62,981 bases of DNA, filler included, from Candidatus Babelota bacterium (GCA_017999075.1; 9 parts of 9 records of this genome joined end to end with filler, not necessarily neighbours in it); one strand, 5' to 3'. Shown: positions 40,633-51,968, numbered from the whole stretch's first letter. Numbers and translations: made by a program. Notes: generated from the sequence alone by a model not told the origin.

Positions 40633-42471
40633 TTGAACAAAAAAAATATTAAAAAATTTAATAAAACGAATAAAGAAGAACATATTTTGAAAACGAGTAA
40701 AACAAAATCAAATACACTATTAAAACCACACAGATCATTTTATGATATTCCTGTATCAAATGGTTTTTCTTCAGCGAAATTCAATACAATTTCAAAGACC
40801 ATAGACAGTTTTAAAAATCATATTTACAGTAATATTAATGAAACTGAGTCAAGTGTCAATTTGATAGAATATGTTGATTTTAAAATGAGATTTAATAATA
40901 ACACAGAAGTAAATATTAGTAATTTGAAATTATGTAAAATCGGATACCTTAATGGAACAGGAATTATAAATGCTGAGTTTGAATATAAAAAAAATAAGAT
41001 AACCGCCTATATTTATAGTTCATTTTTAAAACATAATAACAATTTAACAATAGTTATAACAGGAAAATATTGTTCGGTTGTTCCCGAAATAAAAATAAAT
41101 CCTGTCATAAATCCTTGTGAATCAGGAAACTCTTTTTTTTTTACAGATAAAGGCAGAATATCAGTCAGTCAAGTTTCTTATAAAAAAAAATACGCTGTAT
41201 CAATAAATCATTTTCATAATGAAGAAACTGTTTCTGATTGTGCAATAAATGTTTCTCCGGAAAAATTATTGAATGAAGAAATAAATTTTTGGAAACAATG
41301 GCATAAAAAAAGCAGATATCCTGAAAAACTTACAAAACCTCAAAAAATATTATATTCACAATCATTAGCTGTTTTAAAAATGGGGCAATGCAGAGAAAAA
41401 GGAAAATCTTACGGACAAATTCTTGCAAGTCTTCCTCCAGGAATGTGGAATATATGCTGGATAAGAGACGCTTCATATGCTATTAATGGTTTAATTTATG
41501 CAGGTCATTATAAAGAAGCAAAAGAAGCGCTTAACTTTTTTCTTGATGCAGATTGCGGAAAATATATAAAGTTTAAAGTTGATGAAGAAGAAGTTGGGTT
41601 AAAAATACCTTACCAGATTTCTGTTTGCAGATATTTCGGAAATGGGACAGAAGAATCGGACGGAGGAAATGATCCTAACATAGAACTTGACGGATTCGGA
41701 TTGTTTTTATGGACTTTAGAAAATTATATAAAATTATCAGGAGACATTGAATTTCTTAAAAAAAATTGGGGTATTATTTCCGAAAAAATTGCCGATGTCC
41801 TTATTGTAAACATAGATTATGAAAAAAATGTTATTCGCAGAGAATCAAGCATATGGGAACGTCATATCCGTTCTAACGGGAAAGAAAACGGCATGAAATA
41901 TTTTACTTATACAAATATTACAGCAATTAAAGGGTTAAGAGCTTCAAGTTATCTTGCTGAATTAATTGGAAATAAATATAAACAACATCAATATTCAAAT
42001 GCAGCCGAAACGTTGATATCAGGTTTTATGAAACATCAGGTAGATGAAAAATCGAAGATTGTAAAAAATTCAATTGAAAAAAAAGAAGTTGATTCTTATG
42101 TAGACGGTTCTGTTGTCGAATCTATTAATTTTGAAATTATCGAAAAAAAAAGTAAAATCGCCCAAAACACAATTTCTGCATTCGATAACTATTTAAAAAT
42201 GAAAAACAGAGATATCGGATATTTCAGAAATTGCGATGGGACCCACTATGATAATCAGGAGTGGGTTGTTATAGATTTAAGAATTGCCGCGGCTTTAAAA
42301 AAAATGGGATACAATTCTAAAAGCAAAAAGATTATTAAATGGATAACTGATCAATCTAAAAAAAATTATAATATAATTGCAGAACTTTACAATGAAACAA
42401 CAGCTGATTATGAAGGTGCGGTTCCCATGTGCGGATTCGGTCCAGGCGCTTATATTTTAACTTTATGGTAA
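40633..42471 (+). CDS. Glycoside hydrolase family 15 (glucoamylase-like)
   Basis: WIRDA, ELDG, SIWE (acid), IAELY (base). Confidence 0.8.
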   Translation: MNKKNIKKFNKTNKEEHILKTSKTKSNTLLKPHRSFYDIPVSNGFSSAKFNTISKTIDSFKNHIYSNINETESSVNLIEYVDFKMRFNNNTEVNISNLKLCKIGYLNGTGIINAEFEYKKNKITAYIYSSFLKHNNNLTIVITGKYCSVVPEIKINPVINPCESGNSFFFTDKGRISVSQVSYKKKYAVSINHFHNEETVSDCAINVSPEKLLNEEINFWKQWHKKSRYPEKLTKPQKILYSQSLAVLKMGQCREKGKSYGQILASLPPGMWNICWIRDASYAINGLIYAGHYKEAKEALNFFLDADCGKYIKFKVDEEEVGLKIPYQISVCRYFGNGTEESDGGNDPNIELDGFGLFLWTLENYIKLSGDIEFLKKNWGIISEKIADVLIVNIDYEKNVIRRESSIWERHIRSNGKENGMKYFTYTNITAIKGLRASSYLAELIGNKYKQHQYSNAAETLISGFMKHQVDEKSKIVKNSIEKKEVDSYVDGSVVESINFEIIEKKSKIAQNTISAFDNYLKMKNRDIGYFRNCDGTHYDNQEWVVIDLRIAAALKKMGYNSKSKKIIKWITDQSKKNYNIIAELYNETTADYEGAVPMCGFGPGAYILTLW

Positions 42472-42493
42472 AATAAAAATATAAAAAAGATAC

Positions 42494-42512
42494 TCTGCAC
42501 AATATGTGCAGA
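42494..42512 (-). terminator. Rho-independent terminator hairpin between the convergent GH15 and histidine kinase genes
   Basis: TCTGCACA-ata-TGTGCAGA perfect 8-bp stem; a T-run follows on the minus strand. Confidence 0.65.
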
Positions 42513-42515
42513 AAA

Positions 42516-44087
42516 TTATAATTCTTCGGAATCAGGAAGAATAATATAGAAAACAGAACCTTTGCCGAAAACACTTTCAACCCATATTTTCCCTTTTAAA
42601 ATTTCAATTATGCCTTTTGACACGGCAAGTCCAAGACCTGTGCCTTCGTAGTAATCTTCAGATACACGTCCGAATTTTTCCCATATTTTAGCAATTTTTT
42701 CAGATTTTATTCCAATTCCAGTATCAGAAACTTTTATCATAATATAATTATCAAATTTTAAATCGTTGAATTGAGGAAATTGATGCTTGTATGCTTTTGA
42801 CGTTTCAATTTCAACAGAACCGTTTTTAACATTGAATTTAACTGCATTATTTATTATATTAAATAACACTTGAGTAATTCTGTCTTTATCCAAAACGATA
42901 TTATGTGTAGTTGTTTCAGAAATATTTTTTGTTAAAGTAATATTTTTATCTTTTGCATCCCGTAATGCGCCGGTAATAATCTGTTTCAGTATTTCAGACA
43001 AATTACATTTTTCAAGGTTTAACTTTAATTGATTGCGTTCATATTTGTTTAAATCAAGAACATTGTTGATAAGTCTTGTAAGGCGGGTTATTTCACCTAT
43101 TATTATTTGGTAAAATTCAATTTTTTCTGATTCTTCTGTTATAATTCCGTTTTGCATTGTTTCTACATAAGCCCTTATTGTTGTCAGCGGAGTTTTCAAT
43201 TCATGTGTAACTACAGAAAGAAAATCGTCTTTTATATGGTCTGCTTTAACCAATTTTTCGTTCACCAGTTTTAATTCGAGAATAGTTGAATTTAATTTTT
43301 CTGTTCTTTTTTTTATTTCTTCATTGAGTTTTTCATTATATCCGACAAGTTGTAATTCTCTTTCATGAACAATTTCAAGCAAATTATTTATATATTCAAC
43401 TAATATTTTAAATTCAAAGTTATTGCCGTATAGAATAAGTTTCAAATCATATTTTTTAAGATTGATAATATCATTGAGCTGCAGCAATATGGATTTGAAA
43501 GGTTTGGTGATAAAAAAAAACATTATAATAATAACAGCTATAAGCGCTGAAGTTATAATGCAAATCGAATATATTAAATAATTCCATATAGAATCAGAAT
43601 ATTGATTTTGTATTGATTCCCTATTTATTTTGATTATCAGATAATATTTTTTTTGTCTTGATTGTTCATTATATTTATATATCAGATAATAAAAATTATT
43701 AAATTCAATTTTATCAAAATCACTTATTTTTGATAAAAAAAGATTATCAGGAAAATCATTGGTGCCCAGTTGTTTTTCTGAAGAATAACTGTTGTTTGCT
43801 ATTATCAGATTTTTTTCATCAACAATAAGAATTTCATTTATTTCATTAAACCGTTTTTTAAATCTTTCCAGTTCATCAGATATATCGGATAATTGTTCGA
43901 TCTGTAAACCCAATTCAAATGCTTTTTTCAATCCGTCGTTAAAAAAATTTGAAGAAGAAATAATATTATTTAATGATTTGTTTATAACTGTAGTTTTAAT
44001 ATAATGATTGAAAAAATAATTATTTACAACTAAAAGTATTATAAAAATAATTCCGAAAGTAAAAATTATTTTTTTTGATAGGCTCAT
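42516..44087 (-). CDS. Sensor histidine kinase
   Basis: Two TMs, HAMP-like linker, THELKTPL, NAVKF, DTGIG, GTGLGL. Confidence 0.93.
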   Translation of the reverse strand: MSLSKKIIFTFGIIFIILLVVNNYFFNHYIKTTVINKSLNNIISSSNFFNDGLKKAFELGLQIEQLSDISDELERFKKRFNEINEILIVDEKNLIIANNSYSSEKQLGTNDFPDNLFLSKISDFDKIEFNNFYYLIYKYNEQSRQKKYYLIIKINRESIQNQYSDSIWNYLIYSICIITSALIAVIIIMFFFITKPFKSILLQLNDIINLKKYDLKLILYGNNFEFKILVEYINNLLEIVHERELQLVGYNEKLNEEIKKRTEKLNSTILELKLVNEKLVKADHIKDDFLSVVTHELKTPLTTIRAYVETMQNGIITEESEKIEFYQIIIGEITRLTRLINNVLDLNKYERNQLKLNLEKCNLSEILKQIITGALRDAKDKNITLTKNISETTTHNIVLDKDRITQVLFNIINNAVKFNVKNGSVEIETSKAYKHQFPQFNDLKFDNYIMIKVSDTGIGIKSEKIAKIWEKFGRVSEDYYEGTGLGLAVSKGIIEILKGKIWVESVFGKGSVFYIILPDSEEL

Positions 44088-45065
44088 TTATTTAACACCT
44101 TCGGCAAGGGAAATATATTTTAATGGAAATTTAAAGTTCAGTTTTCCCATTTCTGAAACATTATAATAAATTTTGAATTTATTTGGGTACATATCTGAAG
44201 TTTCAGAAAAATTGATTTTACCTGAAATCAAATCATTTATATAACGGAACATTAATGTCCCTGAAAAAAATTGGTTCTGCCACAATGCCAGTAAAGCTTT
44301 TTTATAAACAGCTTCTTTTTGATAACTTAACACCGGAATTTTAAAATCAGGAGTTATTAAATTATCTATATTCAGAGTAATTTCCGTATTTGAAATTGTT
44401 ACAAGCAGATCAATGTTTTTAATTATTTTGGAATAATCGGATAATTTTTTTTTAAAATTCAAAATATCATTTTTATTTCTGATTATAAATTCCTTTAAAA
44501 AAATATTATTTTTTTCGCAATAATTTTTCAGGTCTGAAATCTCAATAGGCGATGCTTCGTTTTCAGGATTATATAAAACACCGATTTTTTGTGGCTTAAA
44601 AAAAATCGTTTCAAAAACTTTTATTTTTTCTGAAAAAGGTTGGAAATAACTGAATACAACAATTTTTTTGTCATATTTATTTATAACTTTATTTATATGT
44701 TTATCAAATTTTATATCGCTTATTCCTGCCAAAATCAAATTTGATTTTGGAATGAAATTTTTATCAGATAAAATAACGCTGCTCAGCCCTGTTCCGAATA
44801 AAATTATTATATTGTTTTTATCACTATTCAATTGATAAAAAAGAGATAATGCAGATTCGGGATTTTCTTTAACAAAATAATATTTGAATCTTATATTCTG
44901 GACATGAGATATATTTAAAGAATATTCTATTCCCTTAACCATTTCATCGTATATCACAGATTTTTTCCAAACTATAACAGGAATTGTGATATTGTTTTCA
45001 GCAGATAAAAAAACACTGTTTCCGATTAAAGAAAAAAATAAAATAATAATCAAAATTTTTTTCAT
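44088..45065 (-). CDS. ABC substrate-binding-like periplasmic protein
   Basis: Signal peptide and KIGVLYNPENE motif; abuts the kinase gene with a 0-bp gap. Confidence 0.6.
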   Translation of the reverse strand: MKKILIIILFFSLIGNSVFLSAENNITIPVIVWKKSVIYDEMVKGIEYSLNISHVQNIRFKYYFVKENPESALSLFYQLNSDKNNIIILFGTGLSSVILSDKNFIPKSNLILAGISDIKFDKHINKVINKYDKKIVVFSYFQPFSEKIKVFETIFFKPQKIGVLYNPENEASPIEISDLKNYCEKNNIFLKEFIIRNKNDILNFKKKLSDYSKIIKNIDLLVTISNTEITLNIDNLITPDFKIPVLSYQKEAVYKKALLALWQNQFFSGTLMFRYINDLISGKINFSETSDMYPNKFKIYYNVSEMGKLNFKFPLKYISLAEGVK

Positions 45066-45442
45066 TATTTTTCAAGTATTACCACTGCGGCCGCGTTTTC
45101 ATCTGTATGGGATATACTTATGTGAATCATCGGACTTCCCATATTTTTATAATATTTTTCTGCTTTCCGATAAAGTTTTATATAAGGCTTTTGAGATTCA
45201 TAATTAAGTATTTCAATGTCTTTAAACCATACTCCCTGACGTATTCCGGCTCCTATTGATTTCATAAAAGCTTCTTTTACAGAAAATTTACCTGCATAAC
45301 TTTCAAATTTTGAATGGAAGCCTGAACAATATTCTATTTCTTTTTCAGTGAAAATTTTTTTTAAAAATATATCACCGAATTTGTTATAACTTTCAATAAT
45401 TCTATGAATTTGAATTATATCTATTCCGATTCCTACTATCAT
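45065..45442 (-). CDS. acpS: Holo-ACP synthase
   Basis: GIGIDI, F..KEA..K, ISISH. Confidence 0.95.
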   Translation of the reverse strand: MIVGIGIDIIQIHRIIESYNKFGDIFLKKIFTEKEIEYCSGFHSKFESYAGKFSVKEAFMKSIGAGIRQGVWFKDIEILNYESQKPYIKLYRKAEKYYKNMGSPMIHISISHTDENAAAVVILEK

Positions 45443-45463
45443 ATTTTATAAAATTTTATAAAA

Positions 45464-46507
45464 TTATTTGCATTCTGACAAATTATTCTGATAAGGGTAA
45501 AAGAAAACTTTTTTTTCGGTTATAATTGCCGAAATATTTTCTGCCGGAGTTACGTCAAAAGCAGGATTATAAACTTTTACATCATATGGAGCAATCCTGA
45601 CATTAAATGGTTCAACAACTTCAAGGTAATTTCTTTCTTCTATTGGAATAAGATCTCCATTTTTCAGTGATAAGTCCAGAGTTGATGAAGGAGCCGCAAC
45701 ATACATAGGAATATTGTGATGTTTGGCTAAAACAGATAAAGAATAAGTTCCTATTTTATTTGCAGTATCACCATTTGCTGCAATCCTGTCAGCGCCTACT
45801 ATAATACAATCAATTTTATTATTTTTCATCAACCATCCAGCCATATTATCGCATATAACTGTAGTGTCAATGTCATTTAATATAAGTTCGAATGCTGTAA
45901 GCCTTGCTCCCTGAAGAAGAGGTCTGGTTTCATCAGCATAAACTTTTATTTTTTTTCCCTGGCTTGCAGCAGAATAAATTACAGCTAAGGCAGTTCCATA
46001 ACCGCTTACTGCAAGACCTCCTGCATTACAATGCGTAAGTATAGTCATACCGTCTTTTATCAAAGCAGAACCGTTTTTCCCTATTGATTTAGACATTTCG
46101 AGATCTTCTTCGTAAATTTTTATGCTTTCTTCAATTAGTGATTTTTTTATTTTATCAATTTTTTTTTCAGAGATTTTTTTTGCGTGTTCCGTCATTCTGT
46201 TTATTGCCCAGCTTAAATTGACAGCAGTAGGTCTTGTAGCATTCAATTCGTCAGCAATTTTTTTCAGCGATAAATAAAATTCGTCAAAATTTTCGGAACT
46301 GATTTGCTGCGCGCCTAAAGCAACTCCCATTGCTCCGGCAATTCCTATAGCAGGGGCTCCGCGTACCTGCATAGTTTTAATTGCTGTAATTATTTGTTTG
46401 TAATCATCGCAATGTATAAGTTCATAATTTACCGGAAGTTTTGTCTGGTCTATGAGTCTGACTTTATTGTTTTCCCACAATACAGGGGTTATTTTATCGA
46501 TATTCAT
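45464..46507 (-). CDS. mtnA: Methylthioribose-1-phosphate isomerase
   Basis: VRGAPAIG, RPTAVNL, HCNAG, ETRP..QGARLT, NPAFDVTP. ATG 46507 with a GGAGG RBS is preferred over TTG 46519. Confidence 0.95.
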   Translation of the reverse strand: MNIDKITPVLWENNKVRLIDQTKLPVNYELIHCDDYKQIITAIKTMQVRGAPAIGIAGAMGVALGAQQISSENFDEFYLSLKKIADELNATRPTAVNLSWAINRMTEHAKKISEKKIDKIKKSLIEESIKIYEEDLEMSKSIGKNGSALIKDGMTILTHCNAGGLAVSGYGTALAVIYSAASQGKKIKVYADETRPLLQGARLTAFELILNDIDTTVICDNMAGWLMKNNKIDCIIVGADRIAANGDTANKIGTYSLSVLAKHHNIPMYVAAPSSTLDLSLKNGDLIPIEERNYLEVVEPFNVRIAPYDVKVYNPAFDVTPAENISAIITEKKVFFYPYQNNLSECK

Positions 46508-46595
46508 AAATCCCTCCAATCAAATAATTCCGTATTAACATGCATAACGGATTTTCATCAATAATTTTTCCGGAATTTTTAATAAACCCGGAATT

Positions 46596-47600
46596 TTAAT
46601 TGTTTTTTTTACATTCTTTAATAAGCAAATCTATTATATTTTCAACAGAAATATTACTTGCAGCAGCATTAAAATTCAATATTATTCTATGTCCCAGTAC
46701 ATTATAAATATTTTTTAAAACGTCTTCCTTAATGCAGTACAATCTGCCGTTTAAAAGAGCTGAAGCTTTTGCCGCGAGCGTAATATATTGAGATGCCCTT
46801 GGTCCTGCACCCCAATTTACATTTTTTTTAATTTCTTCAATGTTAGTTGTTTCTGGCCGCGAGGCCCTGGTTATATTTAAAATAAAATTGATCAACTCAT
46901 CAGATATAAGTATATCTCTGATTATTTTTTGTGTTTCAAGCAATTCTGATTTAGTAAAAACATTTTCTATATTCTGTTCCAGGTTGAATGTTGTATTTTT
47001 TATTATAACAGATTCTTCTTCAAAACTCGGATAATTCAATTTTATACTGAACATAAATCTGTCAAGTTGCGCTTCTGGCAATGGATAAGTTCCTTCCTGC
47101 TCAATAGGATTTTGAGTTGCAAGAACTAAAAACGGTTTATCAAGTTCATATTTTTGACCGCCTGCTGTAACCGATAATTCCTGCATAGATTCAAGAAGAG
47201 CGCTTTGAGTTTTTGGGGGGGTTCTGTTAATTTCATCAGCAAGGAGTATATTTGTGAAAATAGGTCCTTTACTGAATTTAAAATATCTGTCTTTTGTTTC
47301 TTTATCTATTTGCAATATGTCCGATCCGAGAATATCTGCAGGCATTAAATCAGGAGTGAATTGTATTCTGTTAAAATTAAGATCAAGAGTTTTCGAAACT
47401 GTTTTTACTATAAGAGTTTTAGCTAAACCTGGAACACCTATAAGAAGACAGTGACCATTGCAAAGCAAAGCTGTTATTATAGAATCAATAGTTTTTTCCT
47501 GGCCTACAATAATTTTTCCTATCTCGGCAATAAGGTTTGAGTAAGATGTTTTTATTTTATGAGTCAAATCTAATTTTTTATCATTTGAAATTTTGTTCAT
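46596..47600 (-). CDS. MoxR family AAA+ ATPase
   Basis: GVPGLAKT, RIQFTPDLMP, DEINR, TQNPIEQEGTYPLPEAQLDRF. Confidence 0.95.
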   Translation of the reverse strand: MNKISNDKKLDLTHKIKTSYSNLIAEIGKIIVGQEKTIDSIITALLCNGHCLLIGVPGLAKTLIVKTVSKTLDLNFNRIQFTPDLMPADILGSDILQIDKETKDRYFKFSKGPIFTNILLADEINRTPPKTQSALLESMQELSVTAGGQKYELDKPFLVLATQNPIEQEGTYPLPEAQLDRFMFSIKLNYPSFEEESVIIKNTTFNLEQNIENVFTKSELLETQKIIRDILISDELINFILNITRASRPETTNIEEIKKNVNWGAGPRASQYITLAAKASALLNGRLYCIKEDVLKNIYNVLGHRIILNFNAAASNISVENIIDLLIKECKKNN

Positions 47601-47891
47601 TTTTTCTCCGCTGCAAGAATTATAATGTAACTTAACTTAACATAAAAACTTATTTTATTGAATTTTAAAAATAAATAATGTTAAATAAAATTCTGTATAT
47701 TTTTTATGTTAAAGCCGCTTAATTTAAATTTAGTATTGAATAATAATTAAATAATTAAGAATTTCAATCAATTTTTTCAATTTTCTTGACTTTTTTATAT
47801 ATTTGTATTATTTAGTATTAGTTAAACTTAATATTAATAGAATTGTACGCTTTATTTGCCATGTAAAAAAAACGGAGGGCTTGAATAATTA

Positions 47892-48818
47892 ATGATTAAC
47901 AAACTACAAACCAAAAAAAACAGCATAATATTTTTAATTTTATCTATTATAATTTTAAACCATTTACCTTGTCTTGCAGTAACTATAAAACTTAAAAACG
48001 GAATTCAATATATAAACTCAAAAATCATTTTAGAAGATAAAGTTTTTATAAATAAACCAGAAAAACTTGAAGTTGAAGTTTCGCTTGGAAATTCAAGCGG
48101 CAGGATTTTAATTAATTATGAAGATATATATGATATAGAACATAATGAAAGTTTATTAAAACCTGTTGTATCAGGGAAATCAGGAGAAGTTAAAATTTTA
48201 GATTTAACAGGAAATACTGTTTCTGTGAATGAATTAAGTCCATTAGATTCCGTTATTACAGGACCAAAATCATATTGTGACATTTCTTTTTATGATTTGC
48301 CTTCAATAAGGTTAGGGGCAAATTCAAAACTTGAATGCAAAATAGATTTAATCGATCCTTCTGTTATTTCAACAGGATTAGGGGAAGAAGCTGTTCCTGC
48401 TGCCGTGGCTGTTCCATCTCCTGAAAATCCTGCTGCAGAAGTTGATCCTGAAGACAATAAAAAAGAAGAATATGTATTTTTTCTGGATAATGGAGAATTA
48501 AGCGGAATTTTTAATAAAAAAAAAGAAGGGGCGGTTTATTCTGCTGGATTTTTGCTTGATGTCCAGGATGCGTTTATTGTAGTAAAAAGCCCTAAATTTT
48601 ATATTAAAAATTCTATAGTGGCAGGAAGTTCTGTATTAACATTGCTTGCAGTGGATGGTGATATTAGGTTTACGGTAAAAAAACTCGGGAAGACATTTCA
48701 AATAAGAAGCGGACAATTTGTAGTAATATATGATGGCGACAGAGTTCAAAACCGAATGAATTATACCGAATCTCCGGAAATGAAGGCTATATACGATAAA
48801 TTAAATTCAATGGAGTAA
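47892..48818 (+). CDS. Secreted protein with FecR-like domain
   Basis: Signal peptide; ITGPKSYCDISF...IRLGANSKL FecR-like motif; Ala/Pro/Glu-rich insertion. Confidence 0.55.
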   Translation: MINKLQTKKNSIIFLILSIIILNHLPCLAVTIKLKNGIQYINSKIILEDKVFINKPEKLEVEVSLGNSSGRILINYEDIYDIEHNESLLKPVVSGKSGEVKILDLTGNTVSVNELSPLDSVITGPKSYCDISFYDLPSIRLGANSKLECKIDLIDPSVISTGLGEEAVPAAVAVPSPENPAAEVDPEDNKKEEYVFFLDNGELSGIFNKKKEGAVYSAGFLLDVQDAFIVVKSPKFYIKNSIVAGSSVLTLLAVDGDIRFTVKKLGKTFQIRSGQFVVIYDGDRVQNRMNYTESPEMKAIYDKLNSME

Positions 48819-48825
48819 ATAATAA

Positions 48826-49206
48826 ATGAAATTTTTTCTGAAGTTATGTTTTATAATAATTTTATTAATAATATCTATTAATCCTGCTGATTCGTTGGAA
48901 CTTGCCGTAGAAAATGTAAAAGATTTTAAAGTGGTTGATTGGAATAATGACGGAAAAACTGATATTGTATTATATTTTATTGATGGAAAATTTGGAGTTA
49001 TGCTCAATTTATCAAAAAATGATTCGGAATTTAATTTTTCTGAAATAAAATATTTATCAAAACAAACCGAAAAAAATGAAGAAAATATGAAAAATGCCAT
49101 TTCAGGTGAAAATAATGCATATGCTGTCAACCGCAGCAAAGACAATATAAAAAAAAGTGATGTTGAAAATGAAAAAGGAATCTCGATATCTAAAGAAGAA
49201 TTGCTT
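48826..49206 (+). CDS. Secreted protein with FG-GAP/VCBS-like motif, 3' partial
   Basis: Signal peptide; VVDWNNDGKTDIV. Confidence 0.55.
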
Positions 49207-49306
49207 NNNNNNNNNNNNNNNNNNNNNNNNNNNNNNNNNNNNNNNNNNNNTTAATTAATTAANNNNNNNNNNNNNNNNNNNNNNNNNNNNNNNNNNNNNN
49301 NNNNNN
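49207..49306. other. Artificial contig linker
   Basis: N44-TTAATTAATTAA-N44. Confidence 0.98.
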
Positions 49307-50051
49307 TCATGCTTCAATGACTATTTCAGCTAAAACACTTGAAAAATGCGTAAAAAAAGTAAATGAGTTAAATACAGGTTTTCATGTTCATACTGCAGAA
49401 GATATTTCCGATCTAAACGATTCAAAAAAAAAATATAAATGCGGCGTAATAGAAAGATGGTATAAAAATAATGTTCTCGGTTCAAAAACTATTCTTCCTC
49501 ATTGCATACATATTTCATCAAAAGAAATGGATTTGCTCGCCAAAACCGGAACTAACGCTATTCACAATCCTCAATCAAATATGAATAACGCAGTCGGAGT
49601 AGCTAATATTCTTGAAATGCTGAAACGCGGAGTGCTTGTCGGAATGGGAACCGATGGTATGACTTCAAGAATGCAGGAAGAAGTCAGAACAGCATATCTG
49701 CTTCATAGAATTAATACAAGAAATCCGCAGGTAGCATTTATGGAATCTCCTCAGATGCTGTTATGGAACAACGCAGCAATAGCGAATAAATTTTTCTACG
49801 GAACTAAACTCGGTGAACTTTCAAAAGGCGCTGCAGCGGATATAATACTTGTTGATTATATTCCATTCACTCCGTTTGACAAAAATACATTCTTAGGGCA
49901 TTTCCTGTTTGGAATATTTGAAAGCGCTGTAGACACTACAATTTGCAACGGTAAAATTTTAATGAAAAACAAAAAAGTATTAACTTTAAACGAACCGGAA
50001 TTATGCGCTAAAACTTCTGAATTATCAAAAAAATTCTGGAACAGGTTCTAA
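49307..50051 (+). CDS. SsnA-like amidohydrolase, 5' partial
   Basis: HAS, HVHTAE, HCIH, HNPQSNMNNAVG, GTDG. Confidence 0.85.
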
Positions 50052-50079
50052 TTTTACAGACAATTTTTATTTTTTATTT

Positions 50080-51024
50080 ATGAATTCAAATTCAAAGAAA
50101 AAAATTCTTATAATCAAACTCGGATATTCTGAAACACTTGACGCTGAAATCGGAAATAAATGCAGTCTGGGGGACGTGCTCCGCACGACTTCCATACTGC
50201 ATATTTACAAAGAACACAGGATAACCTGGCTTACCGACGAATCAGCTACAGAACTCTTGGAAGGAAATCCTTTCATAGAAAGAATTCTTTCATTCAATCT
50301 GATATCTGTGCTTCAGCTGATGGGCGAAAAATTCGATATTATGATTAATCTTGAAAAAACTCCAGGAATATGTTCATTGGCTGATAAAATAGATGCCTGG
50401 CAAAAGTATGGATTCAGACTGGATGCAGCTACAGGTAAAGCGGAAGCTTACGAATATTCTCAGGCAGCTTTAAACATCGCCACCAGGGAAGATGAAAAAA
50501 AAAGAAACAACAAATGCTGGCAGAAAATACTTTTTGAAATGCTTAATAAAAAATGGAATAATGAAAATTACATTTTAAGTTATAAACCTTCTACAAAAGA
50601 AACTTATGATATCGGATTCAATATGTTTGTAGGTCCGAAATTCCCAGTCAAAGCATGGCCGATTGAAAACTGGAAAAAACTTGAAAAAAAACTCAACAAT
50701 AAATATTCTATAACATATCAGGAAAGTTTGAATAATATAAACGGATATATTGACTGGCTTAACAAATCAAAAATAATAATCACAAACGATTCATTAGGAT
50801 TGCATTTAGCCGTAGCCTTAAATAAAAAAGTTATAGCTTTAATCGGACCTACTTCAACCACTGAAATTCCGACATTACCCAATGTCACTATAATCAAACC
50901 CTCAAAAAAATTAAACTGCATTCCATGTTTCAAACACTATTGCAAACTTAATAATACGTGTATGAATTATATCAGCGTCTCAGATGTAGAAAAAGAAATC
51001 AAAAAAAATTTCCTAAAGAAATAA
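50080..51024 (+). CDS. GT9 glycosyltransferase (heptosyltransferase-like)
   Basis: SLGDVLRTT, K.WP, NDSLGLHLA.A, GPT, C.PC...C...CM. Confidence 0.88.
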   Translation: MNSNSKKKILIIKLGYSETLDAEIGNKCSLGDVLRTTSILHIYKEHRITWLTDESATELLEGNPFIERILSFNLISVLQLMGEKFDIMINLEKTPGICSLADKIDAWQKYGFRLDAATGKAEAYEYSQAALNIATREDEKKRNNKCWQKILFEMLNKKWNNENYILSYKPSTKETYDIGFNMFVGPKFPVKAWPIENWKKLEKKLNNKYSITYQESLNNINGYIDWLNKSKIIITNDSLGLHLAVALNKKVIALIGPTSTTEIPTLPNVTIIKPSKKLNCIPCFKHYCKLNNTCMNYISVSDVEKEIKKNFLKK

Positions 51025-51030
51025 AACAAA

Positions 51031-51968
51031 ATGAAACCTAAATTATTACTGGATTCTCATAAACTTCTATGGCATCTTGACAGGCTTAAAGACTGGAATG
51101 ACGGCAAACGCATAGCCCCTGTTCATATTGATATGGGACTTTCAAAAGACTGTAATCTGAGATGTTTATACTGTTACGGCAAGGTTCAAAAACTTGACAG
51201 GTCAGTTATTCCAGGAGATGCTTTAATAAGGTTTTTAAAAGACGCCGCAGAAATAGGAGTCAAAAGCGTGGCAATGATAGGCGACGGCGAACCTCTTATG
51301 AACAAATCAGTTTATGATGCCATTGATGCCGGATACGAATCAGGGCTTGACCTTTCTGTAGGAACAAACGGAGTTTTATTAAAAAAAGATAAACTGCCGG
51401 AAATGTTAAAAAAACTGGTTTACCTGAGGTTCAACATAAGCGCTGCAGAACCAAAAAGTTATTCATTTATACACCAATGTCCTGAAAAATGTTTTTATTC
51501 AGCAATAGAAAATATAAAAGAATGCGTGAAAATAAAAAAACAGTACGGATATAAAGTTACTATAGGATTGCAGATGGTTCTTATTCCCGAATGTCTGGAT
51601 CAGGTTGTTCCTCTTGCAAAACTCGGCGCCGAATTAGAAACTGATTATTGTGTTATAAAACATTGCAGCGACAGCGAAACAAGAGAACTTAATATTCCTC
51701 TTGAAATTTATCCGCAGTTCGAACCGGTTTTAAAAGAAGCCGAAAAATATTCAAATGAAAAATATCAGGTTATAATAAAATGGAAAAAAATAATGGCTGT
51801 CGGCAAAAAAAAATATGACAGATGTCTCGGCATACCGTTTTTACTGCAAATATCAGGAAACGGAGATGTTAAACCTTGTGGATTCTTATTTCCTAAAAAA
51901 GGATATTTAATGGGTAATATTATAAAACAATCTTTTACAGAAATCTTTTACAGCGATCAATACTGGAA
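51031..51968 (+). CDS. Radical SAM protein with SPASM/twitch region, 3' partial
   Basis: CNLRCLYC, GDGEP, C...GDVKPC...GNI. Confidence 0.88.

Noticed and set aside
46520-46595. SAM riboswitch upstream of mtnA
   Set aside because: Only two weak hairpins in under 90 nt, with no S-box consensus.
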